Origin: Selenomonadaceae bacterium
GTDB lineage: Bacteria > Bacillota > Negativicutes > Selenomonadales > Selenomonadaceae
Reading direction: 5' to 3'
NCBI GenBank assembly: GCA_034186105.1
Contig: JAXGCE010000011.1
Location: 4,120 to 68,119 of the forward strand
DNA: 64,000 bases
Below, in pieces: positions 1-8,881 of the stretch. Numbering within the stretch: position 1 is the first letter of the stretch; each line of letters starts with the position of its first letter. The notes under the pieces were generated by a model. That model ran no database searches and had not been told where the DNA came from. It saw only the letters and a list, made by a program, of their open reading frames with translations. The translations under genes were made by a program, and so were the position numbers.

Positions 1-2150
1 AGCCGGACAGCCTCGGCCTCATCGCTGTCACGAATGCGGAAAAAGTCATCCTCGACCGCGTGAAGATCGACGCGTCCATGCCGCTCTCCCTGTTCGGGGA
101 ATCGGAGGAAGACCGCCTCGACCGCCAGGCGAACGAGCTCCGCAATCGCATCGGCAAGCTGCCGCATCTCGCCATCTTCATCGACGAGGCGCATCATGCG
201 GCCGATGACGACATCAAGCTGCGCCAGGTCGTAAACCAGTGGGTCGAGACGGGGCGCGGCGTCACGAATGTCATTGGCTTTTCCGGCACGCCATACCTGC
301 AGAAAAAAGAAAAGCTCGCACTTTCGGACGGCCTGGCCATCGCCTACGATGACATCCCGAGCATCGTCTACTACTACAGCCTCGTCGATGGCATCGGCAA
401 CTTCCTCAAGCGCCCGACAGTGCACAAGGCAGCACCGGGCATGGAAAGCGTAGAAATTGTGAATCGCGGCGTCCGCGAATTTCTCAAGACGTATGGTGAG
501 ACGCGCTATGCAGATGGGACAGTGGCAAAGCTTGCCATCTTTTGCGCGAACATCGCTGCGCTCGAAGGACTCTATAGTGACGTGGCTGCCATCGTTGCGG
601 AGCACGGCATGGATCCTGCGGAGACGATCTTGAAATTTCATCGCGGCAACAAGGAATACCCCATGCCAGAGGGTGCGCAGCTTGCATTTGATTCGCTCGA
701 CACCGCTGTCTCAAAAAAGCGCATCATCCTGCTCGCGGGCATCGGCAAGGAAGGCTGGGACTGCCGCAGCCTCACGGGCGTCATCCTCTCGCAGAAGAAT
801 GCCTGCCCGACGAACAAGGTGCTCCAGACCTCGTGCCGCTGCCTGCGCCAAGTCACGAAAGGCGAACCTGAGACGGCGCTCATCTACCTCTGTGCCGACA
901 ACGAAAAGACGCTGGCCGCACAGCTCCAGAAGCAGCAGCACATGACAGTGCAGGAATTCCAGCAGGGCACGAAAGATCCGCAGCAGACCGTGCGCCGCTA
1001 TGACCGCACGCAGCGACTCGCCCTGCCGCCCGTGCACTACCGGCAGATGCGCATCGAGTACACGACTGAGATCGCGCAAAAACAAAAAGACATTGCAAAA
1101 GCGCTTCGCGTGCATGCCATCCTCGCCGATTCCTATCGCGAAGACGAAGTCACGACGCAGGACCTCGCAGGCCATGTGCTCGAGCATCGCCATGTCGCAT
1201 ATGGCGATGACGCGCCGCGCCCGGCGAATTTCCAGCTCTGGGTCCATCAGATTGCCAAAGAAAGCTTTGGCACGCTGCCGCGCACGCGCCTGTTGGACTA
1301 CGAAACGGCACTGCACGCTATCTTTGCGGAAATCACGCGCAGCATCCCGTGCTTCGGCGGCATGCGCTGCTATCGGAACGACATCGACCAGTCCCGCGTC
1401 CGCTCGAACATCCGCGTTGCCTTTGTGGAAGACTGGCATGATGTCGTGCGCGAAGAAATCATCCCGATGGAAGCACAGCTGCTCGTCATGGGCGACCATT
1501 TCGACGAAGAGATCGTACCGCAGTCGCAGATCGGCCGTTTTTACCCGTCCGAAGCGGACGTCGAGAAAATTCTTGCAGAAGATGCGCATGGCGTGCAGAT
1601 GCCGGAAAAGGCGCGTACGACGATCGAAGCGCTCCAAGAGCTCAATCCCGTCATGGCCGAAGAACTGAGGCGGCAATATGGCGGCTATGTTGGCAAAGAC
1701 CGCTCGTTTCACTATCTGCCATATCGCACGGACAGCGCGTTCGAGCGCACGTTCCTCGCCGAGCTCTTGCCGGAAGATTTTATGGAGCAGCGCCATCTTG
1801 CATGCTATTACAATGGCGATCGTCGTTTCACGGAGTTGCGTATCCGTTGCTATGAAAAGATCGGCCAGCGCGGTTGGAACGACATCGGCCTCTACACGCC
1901 TGACTTCCTCGTGCTGCATCGCACGGGGAATGCCATCGACCGCGTGCTCATTGTCGAGACAAAGGGCAGGCTCTATGCAAACGACCCCGCGTTTCAGCGG
2001 CGGCGCGCGTTCATGGAGACGCTGTTCAAAGAACAGAATCCGAATTTTGACTATCTCTATCTCGAAGATGGCCTCTCAGATGAAAAGCGGCGCCTGCGCA
2101 CGCGCCAGGTCATCGAGAGATTCTTTGCGACACCCGAGGAGGAAGCATAA
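1..2150 (+). CDS. Type III restriction-like SF2 helicase/endonuclease (Res-like), 5'-truncated by window edge
   Basis: The frame is open from base 3 with no stop before the listed start at 60. Helicase motifs are present: II IFIDEAHH, III FSGTPY, V/VI GKEGWDCRSL and QTSCRCLR. The C-terminus has a PD-(D/E)xK-like nuclease motif TPDFLVL...VLIVETKG. The TAA stop abuts the ATG of the next gene (TAAATG). Confidence 0.75.
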   Translation, partial: PDSLGLIAVTNAEKVILDRVKIDASMPLSLFGESEEDRLDRQANELRNRIGKLPHLAIFIDEAHHAADDDIKLRQVVNQWVETGRGVTNVIGFSGTPYLQKKEKLALSDGLAIAYDDIPSIVYYYSLVDGIGNFLKRPTVHKAAPGMESVEIVNRGVREFLKTYGETRYADGTVAKLAIFCANIAALEGLYSDVAAIVAEHGMDPAETILKFHRGNKEYPMPEGAQLAFDSLDTAVSKKRIILLAGIGKEGWDCRSLTGVILSQKNACPTNKVLQTSCRCLRQVTKGEPETALIYLCADNEKTLAAQLQKQQHMTVQEFQQGTKDPQQTVRRYDRTQRLALPPVHYRQMRIEYTTEIAQKQKDIAKALRVHAILADSYREDEVTTQDLAGHVLEHRHVAYGDDAPRPANFQLWVHQIAKESFGTLPRTRLLDYETALHAIFAEITRSIPCFGGMRCYRNDIDQSRVRSNIRVAFVEDWHDVVREEIIPMEAQLLVMGDHFDEEIVPQSQIGRFYPSEADVEKILAEDAHGVQMPEKARTTIEALQELNPVMAEELRRQYGGYVGKDRSFHYLPYRTDSAFERTFLAELLPEDFMEQRHLACYYNGDRRFTELRIRCYEKIGQRGWNDIGLYTPDFLVLHRTGNAIDRVLIVETKGRLYANDPAFQRRRAFMETLFKEQNPNFDYLYLEDGLSDEKRRLRTRQVIERFFATPEEEA

Positions 2151-4028
2151 ATGGCACTCCGCTATATTCCCTTTTATCCTGACCCGACAGAGGGGCAGGC
2201 CATCCTGAATAATTTCCGCCGCACGTTGCTCTACCATGGCAGCGAGCAGCTCTCCGACGACCTGCGGCGCGGCATGCCGCTCTATGAAGTCGAGGAGCAA
2301 GAGCAAGTCGGCGATGGCGCAGACGGCACGATCGTGCGCGGCGAATGCGTCTCGGCCTGCGCATGGCTGCGCGAACAGGGCAGGAAGGTCGATCTCGTGT
2401 ATATTGATCCGCCGTTCGCGAGCGGGGCGGATTATGCGAAGCAAGTCTACGTGCGCCCGCGCGTGGCTGAAAAACTCAAGACCGCAGGTCAAGAAGTCAC
2501 GAGCGACGAGCTCAAGGCGTTCGAGGAAAAGATGTATGGCGACGTCTGGGACAAAGAGAAATATCTGAACTGGATGTACGAAAACCTCACGGCCATCAAA
2601 AGCATCATGAGCGAGCGGGCGAGCATCTATGTGCATCTGGACTGGCATATCGGGCATTATGTCAAAGTGCTGATGGATGAGATTTTTGGTGAAGACAATT
2701 TCGTCAATGACATTGTGTGGCATTATGCAAAATTTGCGGGAAAATCCTCTGGGTTCCATTCTAATCATGACATGATACTTTTTTACTCGATGGGAGATGA
2801 AAAATGTTTCCACAAGTTGCGCGTTCCTGTAAAAAATCAACGGAAGCAGACAGCGCGCGTTTGGGATGCAGAGCAAAAAAAAGCTGTTCAGGCACGCGAT
2901 GAAAATGGAAATTTGATCTATTACGATCAAACAGATAAAGCATTGGATGATACATGGATGGATATTCCGCTTGTAAATCCTATGGCAAAAGAACGAAAAG
3001 AAATTGATTATGCCACACAGAAGCCCGAAGCTCTGCTCGAGCGCATCATCAAGGCGTCATCCGACGAAGGCATGCTTGTTGCCGATTTCTTTGGCGGCAG
3101 CGGTGTGACGGCGGCGGTGGCGCATCGGCTTGGGCGGCCGTTCCTCCATGTGGATGTCGGCCTCAACAGCGTCCAGACCGCACGCGACCGCCTTGCGGCG
3201 GCCAAGGCAGGTTTCTATGTCTATGAAGTGAAAGATGGCGTGCAACTTTATCGCAATCCCGTGCAAACGATGGACAAGATCAAAGAGCTCATTCCCGGCC
3301 TCAAAAATGAAGATGATGTCGATGAATTTTGGGAAGGCGTCGTGACGGACAGCAAGGATGGCATGGTTCCTGTCTATGTGCCGAATCTCATGGACAGCAC
3401 GACGAAATGCCTGACGACGGCGCTCATGAACCGCATCCTGCGTCTCGGCATCCCGTCACTGCCCGCGAGCGTCAAGAAGGTGCGCGTCTACTACATTGAC
3501 ATGGAGGACGAGAAGGCCATCCGCAAATTCATTCGCGACGACAAGAGCACGCTCGTCGAGATTGAGCTTTGCGATCTGAAGCCCGTGCTCGATGGAACGG
3601 TGCTCGAAGACGATGCGGCTGTGCATGTCACGCACGGCGCGGGCGAGCTCCTTTATACCGTCCACATCGACCATTTCCTCAGCGACCGCGTCGAGCAGAA
3701 GATCAGCGCGTACAATCAGAAGGGCTTCGCGAATGCCACGGACAAGCGGCCGTTCCAGCCCATCGAGATTTCAGAGGAAGGGCTGGAGACGATCGAGGCG
3801 CTTTCGCTGGACTGTGAGAGCAGTGAGCGCACGGCCGTCTGGCACAGCGCGAGCGACCTCCGCATCGACAAGGCGGGCTTTGTCATCCGTGGCGGCGTCA
3901 AGACAGACGAACTCTGGGACGGCACGATCCAGTCGACGGAGCGGCCGCTCCGGCTCCGCATCCGCAACATCTGCGGCGATGAGAGCATCTACGTGCTCGA
4001 TGCGCCGACGGATGACAGTAACGAGTAA
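2151..4028 (+). CDS. Site-specific DNA methyltransferase, beta-class N6A/N4C (Type III Mod-like) with ~290-aa C-terminal extension
   Basis: Motif IV VYIDPPFASGADY lies near the N-terminus. It is followed by DIVWHY, TQKPEALLERII and motif I VADFFGGSGVTA, which is the beta-class order. The start is coupled to the upstream Res-like gene. Confidence 0.85.
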   Translation: MALRYIPFYPDPTEGQAILNNFRRTLLYHGSEQLSDDLRRGMPLYEVEEQEQVGDGADGTIVRGECVSACAWLREQGRKVDLVYIDPPFASGADYAKQVYVRPRVAEKLKTAGQEVTSDELKAFEEKMYGDVWDKEKYLNWMYENLTAIKSIMSERASIYVHLDWHIGHYVKVLMDEIFGEDNFVNDIVWHYAKFAGKSSGFHSNHDMILFYSMGDEKCFHKLRVPVKNQRKQTARVWDAEQKKAVQARDENGNLIYYDQTDKALDDTWMDIPLVNPMAKERKEIDYATQKPEALLERIIKASSDEGMLVADFFGGSGVTAAVAHRLGRPFLHVDVGLNSVQTARDRLAAAKAGFYVYEVKDGVQLYRNPVQTMDKIKELIPGLKNEDDVDEFWEGVVTDSKDGMVPVYVPNLMDSTTKCLTTALMNRILRLGIPSLPASVKKVRVYYIDMEDEKAIRKFIRDDKSTLVEIELCDLKPVLDGTVLEDDAAVHVTHGAGELLYTVHIDHFLSDRVEQKISAYNQKGFANATDKRPFQPIEISEEGLETIEALSLDCESSERTAVWHSASDLRIDKAGFVIRGGVKTDELWDGTIQSTERPLRLRIRNICGDESIYVLDAPTDDSNE

Positions 4029-4049
4029 CATTTCCCGAAAGGACACGAT

Positions 4050-5846
4050 ATGCAGAACAAGAATATTCGCAATTTCTCCATTATCGCGCACATCGACCAC
4101 GGCAAGTCGACGATTGCCGACCGGCTCATCGAGAGCACGGGGACGCTCTCAAAGCGCGAGATGGAGGCGCAGGTGCTCGACAACATGGACATCGAGCGCG
4201 AGCGCGGCATCACGATCAAGTCGCAGACCGTGCGGCTGAATTACAAGGGCAAGAACGGCGAGGAATACGAGCTGAACCTCATCGACACGCCGGGCCACGT
4301 CGATTTCACATACGAAGTCTCGCGCAGCCTTGCGGCGTGCGAAGGCGCGCTGCTCGTCGTCGATGCAGCGCAGGGCGTCGAGGCGCAGACGCTCGCCAAT
4401 GTCTACATGGCGCTCGAAAATGACCTCGAAATCATCCCCGTCATCAACAAGATCGACCTGCCGAGCGCCGACCCTGAGCGCGTCAAAAAAGAAATCGAAG
4501 ACGTCATCGGCCTCGACACGTCGAACGCCATCGAGTGCTCGGCGAAGACAGGCCAGGGCATTGACGAGATCCTTGACGCGATCGTCGACTACGTGCCGGC
4601 GCCGGAAGGCGAGGAAGACGCGCCGCTGCAGGCGCTGATCTTTGACTCGTATTTTGATTCTTATAAAGGCGTCATCGCGCATATCCGCGTGAAGCAGGGC
4701 CATATCAAGAAGGGCATGAAGCTCAAGATGATGGCGACGGGCAAGGTGTTCGAAGTCACGGACGTCGGCTGCTTCCGACCGCAGCCCGTCGATGTCGGCG
4801 AGCTCGATTGCGGCGAAGTCGGTTTTGTTGCGGGCGCGCTCAAAGACGTGCGCGACGTGCGCGTCGGCGACACGATCACGACGGCCGAACGCGGCGCGGC
4901 CGAGCCCCTGCCAGGCTATCGCGGCGTCAATCCGATGGTCTACTGCGGCCTGTATCCTGTCGAAAGCCCGGACTACGACAACCTCAAAGACGCGCTCGAA
5001 AAGCTCCAGCTCAATGACGCCGCGCTCGTCTTCGAGCCCGAGACGTCCGTTGCGCTCGGCTTCGGTTTTCGCTGCGGCTTCCTCGGCCTCCTTCACATGG
5101 ATGTCGTGCAGGAACGCCTCGAGCGCGAGTATCATTTGAAACTCATCACGACGGCACCGACCGTTATTTACCATGTCTACAAGACGGACGGCACGATGCT
5201 GAAAGTCAGCAACCCGGCTGAGCTTCCGCCCGCGACGGAGATCGAGCACATGGAGGAGCCGTATGTCAAGGCGACGGTCATCGTGCCGAACGATTACGTC
5301 GGCGCCGTCATGGAGATTTCGCAGGACAAGCGCGGCGAGTACCAGAGCATGGACTACCTCGACACGAACCGCGTCATGATCGTCTATCACATCCCGCTGA
5401 ACGAAATCATCTTTGACTACTTCGACCGCCTGAAATCGGCGACGCGCGGCTATGCCTCGCTCGACTACGAGCTTGCGGACTACAAGGAATCGAAGCTTGT
5501 CAAGGTCGATATCCTCTTGAATGGCGACCCCGTCGATGCGCTGTCGACCATCGTGCATCGGGATCGTGCCGCGCAGCGCGGGCGCCAGCTCGCGGCGAAG
5601 CTCAAGGAGATCATCCCGCAGCAGATGTTCGAAATCCCGATCCAGGCCGCGATTGGCTCGAAAGTCATCGCGCGCGAAAACGTCCGCGCCCGTCGCAAAG
5701 ACGTCCTCGCGAAATGCTACGGCGGCGACATCAGCCGCAAGCGCAAGCTGCTCGAAAAGCAGAAGGAAGGCAAGAAGCGCATGAAAGCCGTCGGCAGCGT
5801 CGAAGTGCCGCAGGAAGCATTTATGGCGATACTCAAGATTGATTGA
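4050..5846 (+). CDS. lepA: Elongation factor 4 (LepA)
   Basis: The N-terminus reads [21 protein letters not shown], followed by DTPGHVDF and NKID GTPase motifs. The LepA-specific C-terminal domain is present. 598 aa. Confidence 0.97.
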   Translation: MQNKNIRNFSIIAHIDHGKSTIADRLIESTGTLSKREMEAQVLDNMDIERERGITIKSQTVRLNYKGKNGEEYELNLIDTPGHVDFTYEVSRSLAACEGALLVVDAAQGVEAQTLANVYMALENDLEIIPVINKIDLPSADPERVKKEIEDVIGLDTSNAIECSAKTGQGIDEILDAIVDYVPAPEGEEDAPLQALIFDSYFDSYKGVIAHIRVKQGHIKKGMKLKMMATGKVFEVTDVGCFRPQPVDVGELDCGEVGFVAGALKDVRDVRVGDTITTAERGAAEPLPGYRGVNPMVYCGLYPVESPDYDNLKDALEKLQLNDAALVFEPETSVALGFGFRCGFLGLLHMDVVQERLEREYHLKLITTAPTVIYHVYKTDGTMLKVSNPAELPPATEIEHMEEPYVKATVIVPNDYVGAVMEISQDKRGEYQSMDYLDTNRVMIVYHIPLNEIIFDYFDRLKSATRGYASLDYELADYKESKLVKVDILLNGDPVDALSTIVHRDRAAQRGRQLAAKLKEIIPQQMFEIPIQAAIGSKVIARENVRARRKDVLAKCYGGDISRKRKLLEKQKEGKKRMKAVGSVEVPQEAFMAILKID

Positions 5847-5856
5847 ATTGGTTGGT

Positions 5857-7107
5857 ATGAACGAGAGAGCATGGGGCGTGTATATCCACGTCCCTTTTTG
5901 CAAGCAGAAATGTTTTTACTGCGACTTCCCGTCGTATGCGGGGAAAGAACGCTATGAAGAAGCGTATGTGGATACGCTCGTCCAAGAGATTCGCTTGGAA
6001 GGCGCGAAGTATGTCGCAAAATGGGGACAGCCCGCCACCATCTACATCGGCGGCGGCACGCCGAGCGTCCTGCCATGCGAACTGCTGGAACGATTGTTGG
6101 AGAATATCGAAGCCATGTTTTTGCCGCATGCGGATGAGCAGCACGCACGAAAAGCCCCCCTCTTTGAGGGGGGAGGGCCGCTTGCGGCAGGGGGAGTAGT
6201 TGGGAGCACAAGCCGGACGCAACCAATCGAATTTACAATAGAATGCAACCCCGGCACCATCGACGAACCCAAGCTCGCTTTGATGAAGCGCCATGGTGTG
6301 AACCGCCTCTCCTTCGGCGTTCAGACGTTCCACGACGCTTTGCTTCATCGCATCGGTCGCATCCACACAGCTGCGGATGCGCGCGCCGCCATCCGCGAAG
6401 CACGTGCGGCAGGCTTTGAAAACATCAGCCTCGACCTCATCTACGGCCTGCCAGGCGAGACGCTCGCGATGCTCCAGTCTGACATCGACGAAGCTCTGGC
6501 GCTCGCGCCTGACCATATCAGCATCTACGGCCTACAGCTCGAAGAAGGTACGGCATTTTGGCGGCAGCACGAAATGGGCAAGCTCGATCTCCCAGATGAC
6601 GAGACGACGGAAGCTATGTACGACCTCATGACGACGGCGCTCCCCGCACACGGCTACACACGCTACGAAATCTCGAACTTTGCCAAGCCCGGCCACGAAA
6701 GCCGCCACAACCTCGGCTACTGGCAGGATCGTCCGTACCTCGGCCTCGGCGCGGCCGCGCATTCGTATCTGGACGGCATCCGCTACGAGAACACGAAAGA
6801 CATCGCGGCCTACATCAACGCCATCGAGCAGGGACGGTCGCCGCGTACACAGGAAGAACCAGCGACGCGCGCCATCCAGATGGAAGAATTCGCCTTCCTC
6901 GCCCTGCGCACGGCGACGGGTATCGACAAGGCTGCCTTTGCGCAGAAATTCGGCGTTTCACTGGCGTCCGTGTATGCTGACGCCATCGCCTCCATGCAGC
7001 AAAAAGGACTCCTCGAAGAAACCGAGGAGTCCGTCCATCTCACACCCTTGGGCATGAAATACGGGAATTACGTCTTTGAATCTTTTCTGCTGACGGGAGA
7101 AACGTAA
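5857..7107 (+). CDS. hemW: Radical SAM heme chaperone HemW (HemN-like, oxygen-independent coproporphyrinogen oxidase family)
   Basis: The radical SAM motif is VYIHVPFCKQKCFYCDF. GGGTPS, ECNPGT and LSFGVQ follow, and a HemN_C-like C-terminus is present. The ATG at 5857 is preferred over the TTG at 5839, which overlaps the lepA stop. The gene carries an extra ~30-codon segment (see findings). Confidence 0.9.
   Translation: MNERAWGVYIHVPFCKQKCFYCDFPSYAGKERYEEAYVDTLVQEIRLEGAKYVAKWGQPATIYIGGGTPSVLPCELLERLLENIEAMFLPHADEQHARKAPLFEGGGPLAAGGVVGSTSRTQPIEFTIECNPGTIDEPKLALMKRHGVNRLSFGVQTFHDALLHRIGRIHTAADARAAIREARAAGFENISLDLIYGLPGETLAMLQSDIDEALALAPDHISIYGLQLEEGTAFWRQHEMGKLDLPDDETTEAMYDLMTTALPAHGYTRYEISNFAKPGHESRHNLGYWQDRPYLGLGAAAHSYLDGIRYENTKDIAAYINAIEQGRSPRTQEEPATRAIQMEEFAFLALRTATGIDKAAFAQKFGVSLASVYADAIASMQQKGLLEETEESVHLTPLGMKYGNYVFESFLLTGET
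6154..6197 (+). repeat. Two-hairpin G-tailed small repeat, copy A (inside hemW coding sequence)
   Basis: CCCCCCTC-TTT-GAGGGGGG, then GCCGC-TT-GCGGC, then GGGGGAGT. The architecture and orientation match copies B and C. Confidence 0.7.
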
Positions 7108-7113
7108 ATGCTT

Positions 7114-7158
7114 GCCTCCCTCACCGAGGGAGGGGGACCGCGAAGCGGTGGTGGGTGT
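7114..7158 (+). repeat. Two-hairpin G-tailed small repeat, copy B (between convergent hemW and PAP2 gene)
   Basis: CCTCCCTC-ACC-GAGGGAGG, then ACCGC-GAA-GCGGT, then GGTGGGTGT. It fills most of the 68-nt convergent intergenic gap. Confidence 0.7.
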
Positions 7159-7175
7159 GTCGAAGGTAGGGCTGC

Positions 7176-7919
7176 TCAATTTTTGTGATTGTTTGCTGCG
7201 AAGGTACGTCCCAACTTTCCCCAAGGCATGTGCTTCATAAACCAACCGATAATCCAATCACTCATCGGCGTCAGCAGCATCCAGCTCAGCACGACGCAGG
7301 CAATCGACCCTGCGCCCACGACGACGTCCGTCATCCAGTGCGCGCCGCTCATCATGCGCGGCAGCGAGAACGCAACAAAGACGGCGAGGCAGGCGAAGAA
7401 TGTCTTTTTCCCGAAATAGCGCAGCATGAAGCACGTAAAGATCAAGAGCATCATGCCGTGGTCACCGGGGAAGCTCGCGCCCGCGTAGTCTTTTGCAGGC
7501 CAGCCCGTCAGTTCCGAGACTTTCACCACGGGCACGCCTGCGTCGAGAAAATACTTTGTCGGGCTTGGTCGATGGAAATTCATCGCCATGTCGAATTGCT
7601 TCTCAATGATGATGGCCACGACCATCGTGAGCCCCATCGCGATCATCCAGCGTCGGCCGTTCGCGTCCTGCCGGCGGTAATGATAGCAGAAAATCCCGAG
7701 CATGAAAAGGAACGCCACGGCATCGAACGGCCGCAGGTTCGTGAAAGCCACGAAATAACAGAAGGCTTCGCTCGTCGTGATCCAGTGGTTGAACAGGAAG
7801 AAGATGTCGCAGTCCGGCACGTACCAGAAGCCATGCAGCGGCGGCAAGTCCCAGCTCAGGAACAGCGCGATGCCGAGCACGTTGCAGAGCGCAAGGCCGA
7901 TGATTTTCTGTTTTGTCAC
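7176..7919 (-). CDS. PAP2-family membrane phosphatase (possible lipid A / undecaprenyl-PP phosphatase)
   Basis: The three PAP2 motifs are present: FHRPSP, SFPGDHG and SLPRMMSGAHWMTDV. The protein has multiple TM segments. GTG start with a GAGGTG RBS 7 nt upstream. Confidence 0.8.
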   Translation of the reverse strand: MTKQKIIGLALCNVLGIALFLSWDLPPLHGFWYVPDCDIFFLFNHWITTSEAFCYFVAFTNLRPFDAVAFLFMLGIFCYHYRRQDANGRRWMIAMGLTMVVAIIIEKQFDMAMNFHRPSPTKYFLDAGVPVVKVSELTGWPAKDYAGASFPGDHGMMLLIFTCFMLRYFGKKTFFACLAVFVAFSLPRMMSGAHWMTDVVVGAGSIACVVLSWMLLTPMSDWIIGWFMKHMPWGKLGRTFAANNHKN

Positions 7920-7950
7920 GAAAGAACACCTCGAAAAAGTTTACGAAAAA

Positions 7951-7980
7951 TTTACATTTACAGATAGCTCTCAGTATAAT
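7951..7980 (+). promoter_or_regulatory. Sigma-70-type promoter upstream of GT2 gene
   Basis: TTTACA-N18-TATAAT, about 100 nt upstream of the ATG at 8087. Confidence 0.5.
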
Positions 7981-8086
7981 GAGAAGTATTTTGAAATGCA
8001 AGCGGGAATGTGGAAATGGTTGCTCTGTGGAGGAGAATAAGGTAGAATAACAAGAAGAAAATTTTGCAGGGAGGCAGAGGGAGGTC

Positions 8087-8860
8087 ATGAACAAAACGAG
8101 AATGGCCGTCATCATCCTGACAAAAAATGAAGAAAAGAACGTCGCAGACTGCATCATGAGTGCATCGTTTGCAGACGAGATCCTTATCGTTGATTCCGGC
8201 AGTACGGATCGGACACGAGAAATTGCTGCAGCGCATGGTGCATGCGTTGTCGAGCATGCATTTGGCGATGACGGTTTTGCTGGCCAGCGCAATTTCGCGC
8301 TGACGCAGACAACGGCGGACTGGGTGTTTTATCTTGACGCTGATGAACGTCTGACAGAAGAGACGTGCGCTTCGATTTGCACAGCGATACAAGCGCAAGA
8401 TCTGGCGGCATATGATGTGCTTCGACAAAATACTGTTTTTGGGCATGCCATGTTTCATGGCGCACACAAACCAGATGCCTGTTGCCGCCTGTTTCCGCGA
8501 ACCGCTGTGCGGTGGATCGGACGCGTGCATGAACGTCCAGAGACGTCTTTGCCCATCCATCGTCTGAAAGGGATGCTTCAACATCGGACGTATGAGACGT
8601 GGGCACAATATTTCACGAAATTCAACCATTATACGTCTTTGGCGGCGAAAGAAGCTTTCGAAAATGGAAAACGTGCATCGTGCAGTACCGTCGTCATTCA
8701 TGCGGCCTTTGCCTTTTTGCGTGATTATTTCCTGCGTCTGGGATTCCTCGATGGTTTTTTCGGGTTTGTGATGTCCGTGACGGCAGCAATCTATGTAATG
8801 ACGAAATACTTGAAACTAATGAATCTTGAGCGCATGATGCAGGAAACGTCGGAAGCTTGA
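8087..8860 (+). CDS. Family 2 glycosyltransferase, LPS-core type (WaaE/KdtX-like)
   Basis: The N-terminus is VIILTKNEEKNVADCI...ILIVDSGSTDRT, with DADE. The size of ~257 aa and the amphipathic C-terminus fit core GT2 enzymes. RBS GGGAGG. Confidence 0.85.
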   Translation: MNKTRMAVIILTKNEEKNVADCIMSASFADEILIVDSGSTDRTREIAAAHGACVVEHAFGDDGFAGQRNFALTQTTADWVFYLDADERLTEETCASICTAIQAQDLAAYDVLRQNTVFGHAMFHGAHKPDACCRLFPRTAVRWIGRVHERPETSLPIHRLKGMLQHRTYETWAQYFTKFNHYTSLAAKEAFENGKRASCSTVVIHAAFAFLRDYFLRLGFLDGFFGFVMSVTAAIYVMTKYLKLMNLERMMQETSEA

Positions 8861-8881
8861 TGGAAGGAGCATCTTACATTC

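Noticed and set aside
7996-8040. A 14-codon upstream ORF (MQAGMWKWLLCGGE) in the leader of the GT2 gene, a possible leader peptide.
   Set aside because: It has no RBS at a suitable distance and no attenuator-like alternative hairpins around it. It is most likely chance.
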